A stretch of 64,000 bases of DNA, from assembly GCA_965240325.2 (NCBI GenBank), contig OZ251225.1, forward strand, positions 248,001-312,000, written 5' to 3'. Both the position numbers and the translations under genes were made by a program. The notes under the pieces are model-generated. The model did no database searches, had not been told where the DNA came from, and saw only the letters and a list, made by a program, of their open reading frames with translations. Source of the DNA: Rebecca billardiae RCC1528 (lineage: Eukaryota > Protista > Haptophyta). Within the stretch, counting starts at the first letter, position 1. Each line of letters opens with the position of its first letter. Below, in pieces: positions 24,001 through 36,100 of this stretch.

Positions 24001-27000
24001 GGCGGGCTCGGCAGCAGGCTTGGCGGCGGGCTCGGCGGCGGGCTCGGTGGCGGCGGCGCAGGTGGCGGCGATGGCGGTGGCGGGCCCGGCGGGCTCGGCG
24101 GTGGCGATGGCGGCGGCACCGGCGGCGGGCTCGGTGGTGGCGATGGTGGCACCGATGGCGGTGGTGACGGTGGCGGCGCCGGCGGTGGCGGGCCTGGCGG
24201 CGGGCTCGGCGGTGGCGATGGCGGCGGCACCGGCGGCGGAGAGGGCGGCGGCGATGGTGGCACCGATGGCGGTGGCGACGGTGGCGGCGCCGGCGGTGGC
24301 GGGCTCGGCGGCGGGCTCGGCGGTGGCGATGGCGGCGGCACCGGAGGTGGGCTTGGCGGCGGCGATGGTGGCACCGATGGCGGTGGTGACGGCGGCGGCG
24401 CCGGCGGTGGTGGGCCCGGCGGCGGGCTCGGCGGTGGCGATGGCGGCGGTATCGGCGGCGGAGTCGGCGGCGGCGATGGTGGCACCGATGGCGGTGGTGA
24501 CGGTGGCGGCGCCGGCGGTGGCGGGCCCGGCGGCGGGCTCGGCGGTGGCGATGGCGGCGGCATCGGCGGCGGGCTCGGTGGTGGCGATGGTGGCATCGAT
24601 GGCGGTGGTGACGGTGGCGGCGCCGGCGGTGGCGGGCCCGGCGGCGGGCTCGGCGGTGGCGATGGCGGCGGCATCGGCGGCGGCATCGGCGGCGGCGATG
24701 GTGGCACCGATGGCGGTGGTGACGGTGGCGGCGCCGGCGGTGGCGGGCCCGGCGGCGGGCTCGGCGGTGGCGATGGCGGCGGCATCGGCGGCGGGCTCGG
24801 TGGTGGCGATGGTGGCATCGATGGCGGTGGTGACGGTGGCGGCGCCGGCGGTGGCGGACCCGGCGGCGGGCTCGGCGGTGGCGATGGCGGCGGCATCGGC
24901 GGCGGGCTCGGCGGTGGCGATGGTGGCACCGATGGCGGTGGTGACGGTGGCGGCGCCGGCGGTGGTGGGCCCGGCGGCGGGCTCGGCGGTGGCGATGGCG
25001 GCGGCACCGGAGGTGGGCTCGGCGGTGGTGATGGTGGCACCGATGGCGGTGGTGACGGTGGCGGCGCCGGCGGTGGCCGGCCTGGCGGCGGGCTCGGCGG
25101 TGGCGATGGCGGCAGTATCGGCGGCGGGCTCGGCGGTGGCGATGGTGGCACCGATGGCGGTGGTGATGGTGGCGGCGCCGGCGGTGGCCGGCCTGGCGGC
25201 GGGCTCGGCGGTGGCGATGGCGGCGGTATCGGCGGCGGGCTCGGCGGTGGCGATGGTGGCACCGATGGCGGTGGTGACGGTGGCGGCGCCGGCGGTGGCC
25301 GGCCTGGCGGCGGGCTCGGCGGTGGCGATGGCGGCGGTATCGGCGGCGGGCTCGGCGGTGGCGATGGTGGCACCGATGGCGGTGGTGACGGTGGCGGCGC
25401 CGGCGGTGGTGGGCCCGGCGGCGGGCTCGGCGGTGGCGATGGCGGCGGCATCGGCGGCGGAGTCGGCGGCGGCGATGGTGGCACCGATGGCGGTGGTGAC
25501 GGTGGCGGCGCCGGCGGTGGCGGGCCCGGCGGCGGGCTCGGCGGTGGCGATGGCGGCGGCATCGGCGGCGGGCTCGGCGGTGGCGATGGTGGCACCGATG
25601 GCGGTGGTGACGGTGGCGGCGCCGGCGGTGGCCGGCCTGGCGGCGGGCTCGGCGGTGGCGATGGCGGCGGTATCGGCGGCGGGCTCGGCGGTGGCGATGG
25701 TGGCACCGATGGCGGTGGTGACGGTGGCGGCGCCGGCGGTGGCCGGCCTGGCGGCGGGCTCGGCGGTGGCGATGGCGCCGGCATCGGCGGCGGGCTCGGC
25801 GGTGGCGATGGTGGCACCGATGGCGGTGGTGACGGTGGCGGCGCCGGCGGTGGCGGGCCCGGCGGCGGGCTCGGCGGTGGCGATGGCGGCGGCATCGGCG
25901 GCGGAGTCGGCGGCGGCAATGGTGGCACCGATGGCGGTGGTGACGGTGGCGGCACCGGCGGTGGCGGGCCCGGCGGCAGGCTCGGCGGTGGCGATGGCGG
26001 CGGCATCGGCGGCGGGCTCGGCGGTGGCGATGGTGGCACCGATGGCGGTGGTGACGGTGGCGGCGCCGGCGGTGGCGGGCCCGGCGGCGGGCTCGGCGGT
26101 GGCGATGGCGGCGGCATCGGCGGCGGGCTCGGCGGTGGCGATGGTGGCACCGATGGCGGTGGTGACGGTGGCGGCGCCGGCGGTGGTGGGCCCGGCGGCG
26201 GGCTCGGCGGTGGCGATGGCGGCGGCATCGGCGGCGGGCTTGGCGGTGGCGATGGTGGCACCGATGGCGGTGGTGACGGTGGCGGCGCCGGCGGTGGCGG
26301 GCCCGGCGGCGGGCTCGGCGGTGGCGACGGCGGCGGTATCGGCGGCGGGCTCGGCGGTGGCGATGGTGGCACCGATGGCGGTGGTGACGGTGGCGGCGCC
26401 GGCGGTGGCGGGCCCGGCGGCGGGCTCGGCGGTGGCGATGGCGGCGGCATCGGCGGCGGGCTCGGTGGTGGCGATGGTGGCACCGATGGCGGTGGTGACG
26501 GTGGCGGCGCCGGCGGTGGCGGGCCCGGCGGCGGGCTCGGCGGTGGCGATGGCGGTGGCACCGGCGGCGGGCTTGGCGGTGGCGATGGTGGCACCGATGG
26601 CGGTGGTGACGGTGGCGGCGCCGGCGGTGGCGGGCCCGGCGGCGGGCTCGGCGGTGGCGACGGCGGCGGTATCGGCGGCGGGCTCGGCGGTGGCGATGGT
26701 GGCACCGATGGCGGTGGTGACGGTGGCGGCGCCGGCGGTGGCGGGCCCGGCGGCGGGCTCGGCGGTGGCGATGGCGGCGGCATCGGCGGCGGGCTCGGTG
26801 GTGGCGATGGTGGCACCGATGGCGGTGGTGACGGTGGCGGCGCCGGCGGTGGCGGGCCCGGCGGCGGGCTCGGCGGTGGCGATGGCGGTGGCACCGGCGG
26901 CGGGCTTGGCGGTGGCGATGGTGGCACCGATGGCGGTGGTGACGGTGGCGGCGCCGGCGGTGGCGGGCCCGGCGGCGGGCTCGGCGGTGGCGATGGCGGC

Positions 27001-30000
27001 GGCATCGGCGGCGGGCTCGGCGGTGGCGATGGTGGCACCGATGGCGGTGGTGACGGTGGCGGCGCCGGCGGTGGTGGGCCCGGCGGCGGGCTCGGCGGTG
27101 GCGATGGCGGCGGCATCGGCGGCGGGCTTGGCGGTGGCGATGGTGGCACAGATGGCGGTGGTGACGGTGGCGGCGCCGGCGGTGGCGGGCCCGGCGGCGG
27201 GCTCGGCGGTGGCGACGGCGGCGGTATCGGCGGCGGGCTCGGCGGTGGCGATGGTGGCACCGATGGCGGTGGTGACGGTGGCGGCGCCGGCGGTGGCGGG
27301 CCCGGCGGCGGGCTCGGCGGTGGCGATGGCGGCGGCATCGGCGGCGGGCTCGGTGGTGGCGATGGTGGCACCGATGGCGGTGGTGACGGTGGCGGCGCCG
27401 GCGGTGGCGGGCCCGGCGGCGGGCTCGGCGGTGGCGATGGCGGCGGCATCGGCGGCGGAGTCGGCGGCGGCGATGGTGGCATCGATGGCGATGGTGACGG
27501 TGGCGGCGCCGGCGGTGGTGGGCCCGGCGGCGGGCTCGGCGGTGGCGATGGCGGCGGCATCGGCGGCGGGCTTGGCGGTGGCGATGGTGGCACAGATGGC
27601 GGTGGTGACGGTGGCGGCGCCGGCGGTGGCGGGCCCGGCGGCGGGCTCGGCGGTGGCGACGGCGGCGGTATCGGCGGCGGGCTCGGCGGTGGCGATGGTG
27701 GCACCGATGGCGGTGGTGACGGTGGCGGCGCCGGCGGTGGCGGGCCCGGCGGCGGGCTCGGCGGTGGCGATGGCGGCGGCATCGGCGGCGGGCTCGGTGG
27801 TGGCGATGGTGGCACCGATGGCGGTGGTGACGGTGGCGGCGCCGGCGGTGGCGGGCCCGGCGGCGGGCTCGGCGGTGGCGATGGCGGCGGCATCGGCGGC
27901 GGAGTCGGCGGCGGCGATGGTGGCATCGATGGCGGTGGTGACGGTGGCGGCGCCGGCGGTGGCGGGCCCGGCGCCGGGCTCGGCAGTGGCGATGGCGGCG
28001 GCATCGGCGGCGGAGTCGGCGGCGGCGATGGTGGCACCGATGGCGGTGGTGACGGTGGCGGCGCCGGCGGTGGCGGGCCCGGCGGCGGGCTCGGCGGTGG
28101 CGATGGCGGCGACATCGGCGGCCGGCTCGGTGGTGGCGATGGTGGCATCGATGGCGGTGGTGACGGTGGCGGCGCCGGCGGTGGCGGGCCTGGCGGCGGG
28201 CTCGGCGGTGGCAATGGCGGCGGCACCGGAGGTGGGCTCGGCGGCGGCGATGGTGGCACCGATGGCGGTGGTGACGGTGGCGGCGCCGGCGGTGGCGAAC
28301 TCGGCGGCGGGCTCGGCGGTGGCGATGGCGGCGGTATCGGCGGCGGGCTCGGTGGTGGCGATGGTGGCACCGATGGCGGTGGTGACGGCGGCGGCGCCGG
28401 CGGTGGTGGGCCCGGCGGCGGGCTCGGCGGTGGCGATGGCGGCGGCATCGGCGGCGGGCTCGGCGGTGGCAATGGCGGCGGCATCGGAGGTGGGCTCGGT
28501 GGTGGCGATGGTGGCACCGATGGCGGTGGTGACGGTGGCGGCGCCGGCGGCGGCGGGCCCGGCGGCGGGCTCGGCGGTGGCGATGGCGGCGGCACCGGCG
28601 GCGGGCTCGGTGGTGGCGATGGTGGCACCGATGGCGGTGGTGACGGTGGCGGCGCCGGCGGTGGCGGGCCTGGCGGCGGGCTCGGCGGTGGCGATGGCGG
28701 CGGCACCGGCGGCGGAGAGGGCGGCGGCGATGGTGGCACCGATGGCGGTGGCGACGGTGGCGGCGCCGGCGGTGGCGGGCTCGGCGGCGGGCTCGGCGGT
28801 GGCGATGGCGGCGGCACCGGAGGTGGGCTCGGCGGCGGCGATGGTGGCACCGATGGCGGTGGTGACGGCGGCGGCGCCGGCGGTGGTGGGCCCGGCGGCG
28901 GGCTCGGCGGTGGCGATGGCGGCGGCACCGGCGGCGGGCTCGGTGGTGGCGATGGTGGCACCGATGGCGGTGGTGACGGTGGCGGCGCCGGCGGTGGCGG
29001 GCTCGGCGGCGGGCTCGGCGGTGGGGACGGTGGCGGCACCGGCGGCGGGCTCGGCGGTGGCGATGGTGGCACCGATGGCGGTGGTGACGGTGGCGGCGCC
29101 GGCGGTGGCGGGCTCGGCGGCGGGCTCGGCGGTGGCGATGGCGGCGGCACCGGAGGTGGGCTCGGCGGCGGCGATGGTGGCAACGATGGCGGTGGTGACG
29201 GTGGCGGCGCCGGCGGTGGCGGGCTCGGCGGCGGGCTCGGCGGTGGGGACGGCGGCGGCACCGGCGGCGGAGAGGGCGGCGGCGATGGTGGCACCGATGG
29301 CGGTGGTGACGGTGGCGGCGCCGGCGGTGGCGGGCTCGGCGGCGGGCTCGGCGGTGGGGACGGCGGCGGCACCGGCGGCGGAGAGGGCGGCGGCGATGGT
29401 GGCACCGATGGCGGTGGTGACGGTGGCGGCGCCGGCGGTGGCGGGCTCGGCGGCGGGCTCGGCGGTGGGGACGGTGGCGGCACCGGCGGCGGAGAGGGCG
29501 GCGGCGATGGTGGCACCGATGGCGGTGGCGACGGCGGCGGCGCCGGCGGTGGCGGGCTCGGCGGCGGGCTCGGCGGTGGGGACGGCGGCGGCACCGGCGG
29601 CGGAGAGGGCGGCGGCGATGGTGGCACCGATGGCGGTGGCGACGGTGGCGGCGCCGGCGGTGGCGGGCTTGGCGGCGGGCTCGGCGGTGGCGATGGCGGC
29701 GGCATCGGAGGCGGGCTCGGCGGTGGCGATGGTGGCACCGATGGCGGTGGTGACGGCGGCGGCGCCGGCGGTGGCGGGCTCGGCGGCGGGCTCGGCGGTG
29801 GGGACGGTGGCGGCACCGGCGGCGGAGAGGGCGGCGGCGATGGTGGCACCGATGGCGGTGGCGACGGTGGCGGCGCCGGCGGTGGCGGGCTCGGCGGCGG
29901 GCTCGGCGGTGGGGACGGCGGCGGCACCGGCGGCGGAGAGGGCGGCGGCGATGGTGGCATCGATGGCGGTGGCGACGGTGGCGGCGCCGGCGGTGGCGGG

Positions 30001-32390
30001 CTCGGCGGCGGGCTCGGCGGTGGGGACGGCGGCGGCACCGGCGGCGGAGAGGGCGGCGGCGATGGTGGCACCGATGGCGGTGGCGACGGTGGCGGCGCCG
30101 GCGGTGGCGGGCTCGGCGGCGGGCTCGGCGGTGGGGACGGCGGCGGCACCGGCGGCGGAGAGGGCGGCGGCGATGGTGGCATCGATGGCGGTGGCGACGG
30201 TGGCGGCGCCGGCGGTGGCGGGCTCGGCGGCGGGCTCGGCGGTGGGGACGGCGGCGGCACCGGCGGCGGAGAGGGCGGCGGCGATGGTGGCACCGATGGC
30301 GGTGGCGACGGTGGCGGCGCCGGCGGTGGCGGGCTTGGCGGCGGGCTCGGCGGTGGCGATGGCGGCGGCATCGGAGGCGGGCTCGGCGGTGGCGATGGTG
30401 GCACCGATGGCGGTGGTGACGGCGGCGGCGCCGGCGGTGGCGGGCTCGGCGGCGGGCTCGGCGGTGGGGACGGTGGCGGCACCGGCGGCGGAGAGGGCGG
30501 CGGCGATGGTGGCACCGATGGCGGTGGCGACGGTGGCGGCGCCGGCAGTGGCGGGCTCGGCGGCGGGCTCGGCGGTGGGGACGGCGGCGGCACCGGCGGC
30601 GGAGAGGGCGGCGGCGATGGTGGCATCGATGGCGGTGGTGACGGTGGCGGCGCCGGCGGTGGCGGGCTCGGCGGCGGGCTCGGCGGTGGGGACGGCGGCG
30701 GCACAGGTGGCGGGCTCGGCGGCGGCGATGGTGGCACCGATGGCGGTGGTGACGGCGGCGGCGCCGGCGGTGGCGGGCTCGGCGGCGGGCTCGGCGGTGG
30801 ACCGGGCGGCGGGCTTGGCGGCGGGCTTGGCGGCGGGCCCGGTGGTGGGCTTGGTGGAGGGCTCGGCGGTGGTGGGCTCGGCGGTGGGCTCGGCGGAGGA
30901 CTGGGCGGGCTCAGCGGTAGGCTCGGCGGCGGGCTAGGCGGCGGGCTCGGCGGCGGGCTCGGCGGCGGGGCGGGCGGGCTCGGCGGCGGCTTAATCGCAT
31001 CGTACGTCAACGTCCACAGCTTCCAGTAGTCGTGCGTGCCCGCTGTCTCGTTCCAGCTGTGGCAGCACTGGCACTCCCACGACGGCACGTCAGGCGCAAA
31101 GCGGAAGACATCGCACGCGTCCATCGTCTGCGACGCGGCCAGTGCGCAGCCCGCGAGCGTCGTGGCACCGAGCTCCGAGCCCTTCTCGTCGCACTGCCGC
31201 CCCTCCACGCGCAGCACCGCCGTCCAGGCGCCCGGCGGCGAGGGCGGCGAGTATGGGACATATGCGACGCTCCAGAGGTCCCACCAGTCGTGGGTGGTGG
31301 TGCCAGGCCACGAGTCGCAGCATCGGCAGAACCAATGGGTGGCCTCAGGAGCCCACATGAAGACAGAGCAGCCAGCCGCGCCCGCGGCGGCCGCGCACTC
31401 CTCGAGGCCCTCCAGGCCGAAGTTGGTGCCTGTGACGTCGCAGTTGCCGCCCTCGAGCAGCAGCGTCGCCACGTACTGGCCCGGGGCCGGCGGCGGGCTC
31501 GGCGGCGGGCTTGGCGGCGCAGGGCAGGCCGGAAAGGAGTCTGGCGTGACTGCAGCCACCACCTCGTCGCCACACACGCCCGTGCCCGTCACATCGAAGA
31601 CGGTGAGGTCCGTCATCAGCTGCACCTCGGTCGGGATCGTGCCGTGGATGGCTGCGTTCGAGGAGAAGTCAGCGTCGAGAAGCGCGCTCAGCCGGCCGAG
31701 CTCGGTGGGCAGGGTGCCCGCCAGCTGTGCGCTCTTCGCGTGCAAGTTGTTCCGCATCCGCGTGAGCATTCCGAGCTCGGTGGGCAGCGTGCCGCTCAGC
31801 GGGTTGGCGGAGACGCGCAGGAAGGTGAGCGCAGGCATCCACACGGCGAGCTCGGTCGGGAGGGTGCCTGTCAGAACGTTACCGTTCACCTTGTACTCGC
31901 CCATGTCGGCGAACGCCGCCAGAGCCGGGTCAGCCACGCTCCCGCTGAACAGGTTTCCGTTCAGGGCGGCCCTCGCGAGCGCGGTCATCCCCTCCAGGGG
32001 CCCAGGAAGCGAGCCCACAAATTGGTTGGAGTTGAACACCACGTGCGTCATCGCGGTGAGCAAGGCGAGCTCCGTTGGCAGCGGGCCGGTGAGGGCGCAC
32101 TTGCCCAAGTCAAGCCTCTCGAGTGCCGTCAGCAAGCCGAGCTCGGTCGGCAACTGGCCCGTGAGCAGCGCGTGATCAGTGAGCACAAGCTCGGTGAGCG
32201 ACGTGAGCGTGCCCAGCGACACGGGCAGGGTGCTCGACAGGCTCGCCTCCGGGTTGATCAGCGAGGAGCAGGCTGACGGGGCTGCCAGGCATGTCACGTA
32301 GGTAGGAGCGTCAGCCAGCGGGACGTACGTGGCGAGACTCGCCGGCAAGCACGCTAACAGGAGGAGGTGGACCCCCCGTGGTCGAGCCAT
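15942..32390 (-). CDS. Giant polycystin-1/REJ-like cell-surface receptor: signal peptide, LRR, two Cys-rich modules, Ser-Pro3 stalk, REJ, GPS, TM helices, IQ, EF-hand-like region
   Basis: Single 5482-aa ORF. Signal peptide MARPRGVHLLLLACLPASLA. Plant-type LRRs (LTGxLPTELGxLTxL, ~31560-32260). Cys-rich modules with CxCC (~31000-31480). REJ-like motifs (LDASASANP, VNRPPHGGAL, WTDDDADDLPLSYAF). GPS motif ECRWWD...W...GC...CACDHLTEFAG (~19350-19475). IQ motif AACEIQRYVRGLLARR. Several hydrophobic helices. Confidence 0.85.
22740..24070 (-). repeat. Coding tandem repeat, ~51-bp (17-aa) unit PPPAPPPPSPPPSPPPS
   Basis: Visible in the protein and DNA; more diverged than the adjacent 111-bp array. Confidence 0.8.
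24070..30800 (-). repeat. Coding tandem repeat, 111-bp (37-aa) unit, ~60 copies
   Basis: Unit PPPPAPPPSPPPSVPPSPPPSPPP(V/M/I)PPPSPPPSPPP(S/G). DNA period of 111 confirmed at, for example, 24511 and 24622. Confidence 0.92.
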
Positions 32391-32510
32391 GTGTAGCAGC
32401 GCTGGTTGTGTGCCGCGCGCGGTGGCCTCCCTTGTATTGAGATCATGAACCTGGTAGTCGTCATTTACTCATTTACCGCCGTGGGGGTAAAATACATATA
32501 TATAGTATCT

Positions 32511-32533
32511 GTCATATATATGGTTAGTCGCCT
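32511..32533 (+). repeat. 23-bp direct repeat, copy 1
   Basis: GTCATATATATGGTTAGTCGCCT. Confidence 0.85.
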
Positions 32534-32924
32534 CGCTAGAGAGGCTGCACGCTGGCGAGCCGGAGCAAGGGCAATCGCCGCCATCCTTGCGGCAGGCTGA
32601 CTCGGCCTGAGCCTGAGGGTCCGCGAGACCGAGTTGATCGAGTGATGACGAGCCGCCGCGACGCGGCGACGACGAGTCACGACGTCTGTCTGTCGACGAC
32701 GAGCGTACGTAGTGACGATGATGCTGACTCATCTCATCGATCATGCGCACTAATATCCACTGCTATTCTCTCATCTGCCAACGCGCCGCTCCCACGCATG
32801 AGCTCTGCGACGCCGTCGGCCCTGCCCACCGGCGGCCCGCAGGCGGTGACGCCCCGCCTGGGCTGTGGACAGCTGCCCCATGCTGAGCCAAGTTGCAGCC
32901 GGCCGCAGTGCGTCCCCGTGCACA

Positions 32925-33075
32925 CGCAAACTGGGCGATTCGGCCCAGTTTGCGATGGCACGGCCGCAGTGGGCGCGTGCCATCTGAAACTGAGGCTTTT
33001 CCCCAGTTTACTGACCCGCGAAGCCCCCCACTGTGCCATCGCAAACTGGGCCAAAAGCCCCAGTTTCAGCTGGCA
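32925..33075. repeat. Array of three related palindromes (AAACTGGG-n-CCCAGTTT core)
   Basis: Perfect 12-bp stem at 32925-32954. Perfect 20-bp inverted repeat 32942-32961 / 33033-33052. 23-bp inverted repeat with 2 mismatches 32978-33000 / 33053-33075. Core period ~56-59 bp. Confidence 0.9.
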
Positions 33076-33195
33076 TCCGCCACTGCAGAGCGCCAGACCT
33101 TATTGGTTCATGAGTTCCGGAGCAAGGGTGGTTGGTCCCGGAGCATGTTACCCGCGCACCGGTAAAGTTCGTCTCACCAAAGGACCATCAAATAC

Positions 33196-36100
33196 CTATG
33201 AGGTCTGTACGCGGTGTGACCGGAACGGCACGTTGAGCAGCAGAGTCTGATAGAAGTACCCATCGCCGTGCGTGGTCGGCAGGCGGAAGTCGGTGATGAT
33301 GCCAATCTCCTTCGCGCGCGCGACGACGAAGAGCGAGCCGGGCGTGGGCGGCGTGCGCGAGGTCGGCTCGCGGTACGGCAGGATCTCCTCGTCCGCCGCG
33401 GCGCCCGCCTCGATCGCGAGCGCGTTCTCGCGCTCGAGCTGCTGCCGCGCGCGCGTGGCCGCCTCCGCGCCCAACGGAGGGACGACGCGCTCGGCGGGGG
33501 TGACGTCCTGCCGTCGGCGCGCGTACTCGTCCGCGCGCAGCAGGCAGGGCAACGCGTCGGCGCGCTGCGCGTCGCTGAGCTGCGCGTACGGCTTGACCTG
33601 GTACCGCGCGTGGAACGCCGGGTACGTGAAGCTCTGCAGCACGCGCGGTCGGCGCTGGTAAGCCTCGATCGGCCCATCGCTCCATCGCGTGTCGCCGGCG
33701 TCGACGGCGCCGCCACGTTTGAGGCCGCGCATGCGGCGCTCGGGCAGCGCGGTCGGCAGCCGCATCGCGCCCTCGCCGCGAGCGATCGCCAGCCCGAGCG
33801 TGCGCGTCACCATCTCGGGCGCGGCGACCACGCGGTTGGTGAAGCGCAGCTGCCGGCTGAGCGCCGAGCGTCCGGCGCGCCTGCGCATGCCGCTCGTCTC
33901 GCGCGTCGCGCCCGTGCCCTCCGGCTTGGCGATGTACTTGGCGATGTACTTGAGGAAGACGACGCCGCGCACGGCCTGCACGTTGATTGCCGCGCCCCAT
34001 GCGGCGAGCCAGAGCGGGACGTACGGCGAGATGCGCCGATCCTCCTCGCGCTCGCAGGTGTACACGAAGCGGCCGGTTTGCGCGTTGAGAGAGTTCGGCC
34101 GCAAGCCGGCCGCGCCGACCGTGAGCGGGAACGGGTACGCGCTCTTGCAACGCCGCAGCGTCGCGCCCTTCTTGCCGCGGGTGCACTTGGGCACGCACTC
34201 GTGCGTCTGCCACCTGCGCACGCACTCGCGCCAAGCGTGCTGCGCCGCCGTGCGCGGCTCGCGCGGCAGACAGTGCGTGATGGCGGCGATGCCCGGCGGC
34301 GGCTCGTCATCGGCGCGCGGCCGCGGCGGCGCCCCCTCGGCCTCGCCCATCTCGGCGTCGCCGGCCGCGTCGTCAGCGCCGTCGGCGCGGTCGGCAGTCG
34401 GTTCCTCGACCCACACCGCCATGTGCACGTGCAGCGAGCCGCGCGCCTGGTCCTCGTGGCGCAGAAACGTGTGCGTGATCTTGCCGAGCGGCGAGAGCAC
34501 GCCTCGACTCAGGTAGCGCTTGAGAAACAGGTCGAGCCGGTGGTGGTAGTGCCGCGTCGCCTCGACGTACGCCTTTTCGTGGTGGTGGCCCCAGCAGGCG
34601 TTCGCGAGGTCGCACCAGCCCGACTCGTTCGCGGTGAGCGTCACAAAGTATTGCGGTGTGCGGTACTGCACCGCCATCGCCATCAGCTGGTGGTAGCGCT
34701 CGCGCCAGTAGCGCAAACTCCCCACGACGGCGCTGCCGACGCGCCGCCCAAACGTCTCCTCCGTGGCGATGTGCTGCGCAGCGCCGGGCGCGGCGCCGTC
34801 GAGCGCCTGCGCGCGCTCGCGCACCTCGCCATCGAGCTTCGCCAGCTGCTCGGGCGTCAGCTTCGCCGCCACGTCGCCCTGCGCGAGCGTCACGCCGCCC
34901 GCGTGCATCGCGCGCTTGTTCGTCCGCTGATGCAGATACATGAGCACCTCGGGCGCGCGCGCGAGCTGCACGTTGGGCGACGTGAGGCGAATGCGCTTGT
35001 AGTGGCCGAAGGAGACGTGACGGCGCTTGCGCGCGCCATATCGGTCGCTGCCGAGGCAGCCGGGCGGCGGCGGCGCGTCGTCCGGATCCCCGTCCGAAGC
35101 CTCGTCGTCGGCGCGCCCTCCGGCCGACGCCGCCCAAAGCAGCGCCGCGTCGTCATCGTCGGCCGCGCCCTCGGCGCCGCGCTCGGGCTCGCGCACGTCG
35201 GGCTCGCGCCAACCGCCGAGGCCGTACCGGTACCACGCGGTGAGCACGGCCGTATCCGCTGTGCCGTCGTACGCGCCCGTCGCCGGCTCGCCCACCGCGC
35301 TGAAGGGCGCCGGGCGCGGCGGGCGGCGCTGCGCCTCGGCCGCCGCCGCCTCGGCGCGCGAGACCACCGTGCCGAGCGTCTGGTGGCGAAGCGCGTTGTG
35401 CGCGAGCAGCGCCTGCGGGTCAGGCTCGACGCCCGACTCGAGCACGCCCTCGAACGCGAAGGGTACGCCGTCGCCGCTCGGTCGCGGCGGTGGCGGCGCC
35501 GCCGGGTCGACCGCCTCCGCCTCCGCATCGGCGAGCGTCGCGTCCTCATAGTCGGCGATTGGCAGGCCGCTCGCGGCGAGCTGGTCGCCGAGCGCGCCCT
35601 CGGCCGGCGGGAACGGGTCTCGTAGGTTGCGCAGCAGCTCGCGCTCGAGGCACACGAGCATGTCGCGCACGAGCGGGTGCGTGCGCTTCAGCTCGTCCAG
35701 CGCGGCGCGCAGCCGGCGATCTCGATCGGTGCACGGCATGCCCTCGCGACGAGAGGCCAGGATGACGTCCGACCAGCCCGCAAAGTCAGCGGGCAGCAGC
35801 AACCCGCCGCCGCCCATCGAGTCGTAGCCGTTGCCCATCCTGCCCGCATAGCCTCGAAAGAGCGCGGACTCCATCTTCAGCACGGACAGCGCGAGCCGCT
35901 CCTCGACGGTGAGCGCAGCGAGGGCGGGCGGCAGCGGCACGCCCAGGCCGGTGGGCTTGAGCTCGCCCTCGATCGAGGTGAAGCCGTCGCACAGGTCGAG
36001 GCGCGACGTCGACGTCGTGTGCACCGCAAACGGCTCGGTCGGCAGCTTGGTGGCCTGCGCGCACGGCGTGCACGACCACGCGGTGTGGTACTGCCGCCGC

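Noticed and set aside
22528-31029. 2833-aa Gly-rich and 2781-aa Ala-rich plus-strand ORFs
   Set aside because: Antisense shadows of the Pro-rich repeat; GGC-type repeats contain no stop codons.
32734-33054. 'KLGKS' as a possible helicase Walker A downstream of the Rep
   Set aside because: It does not fit [AG]x4GK[ST], arises from the palindrome array, and no other SF1 motifs are present.
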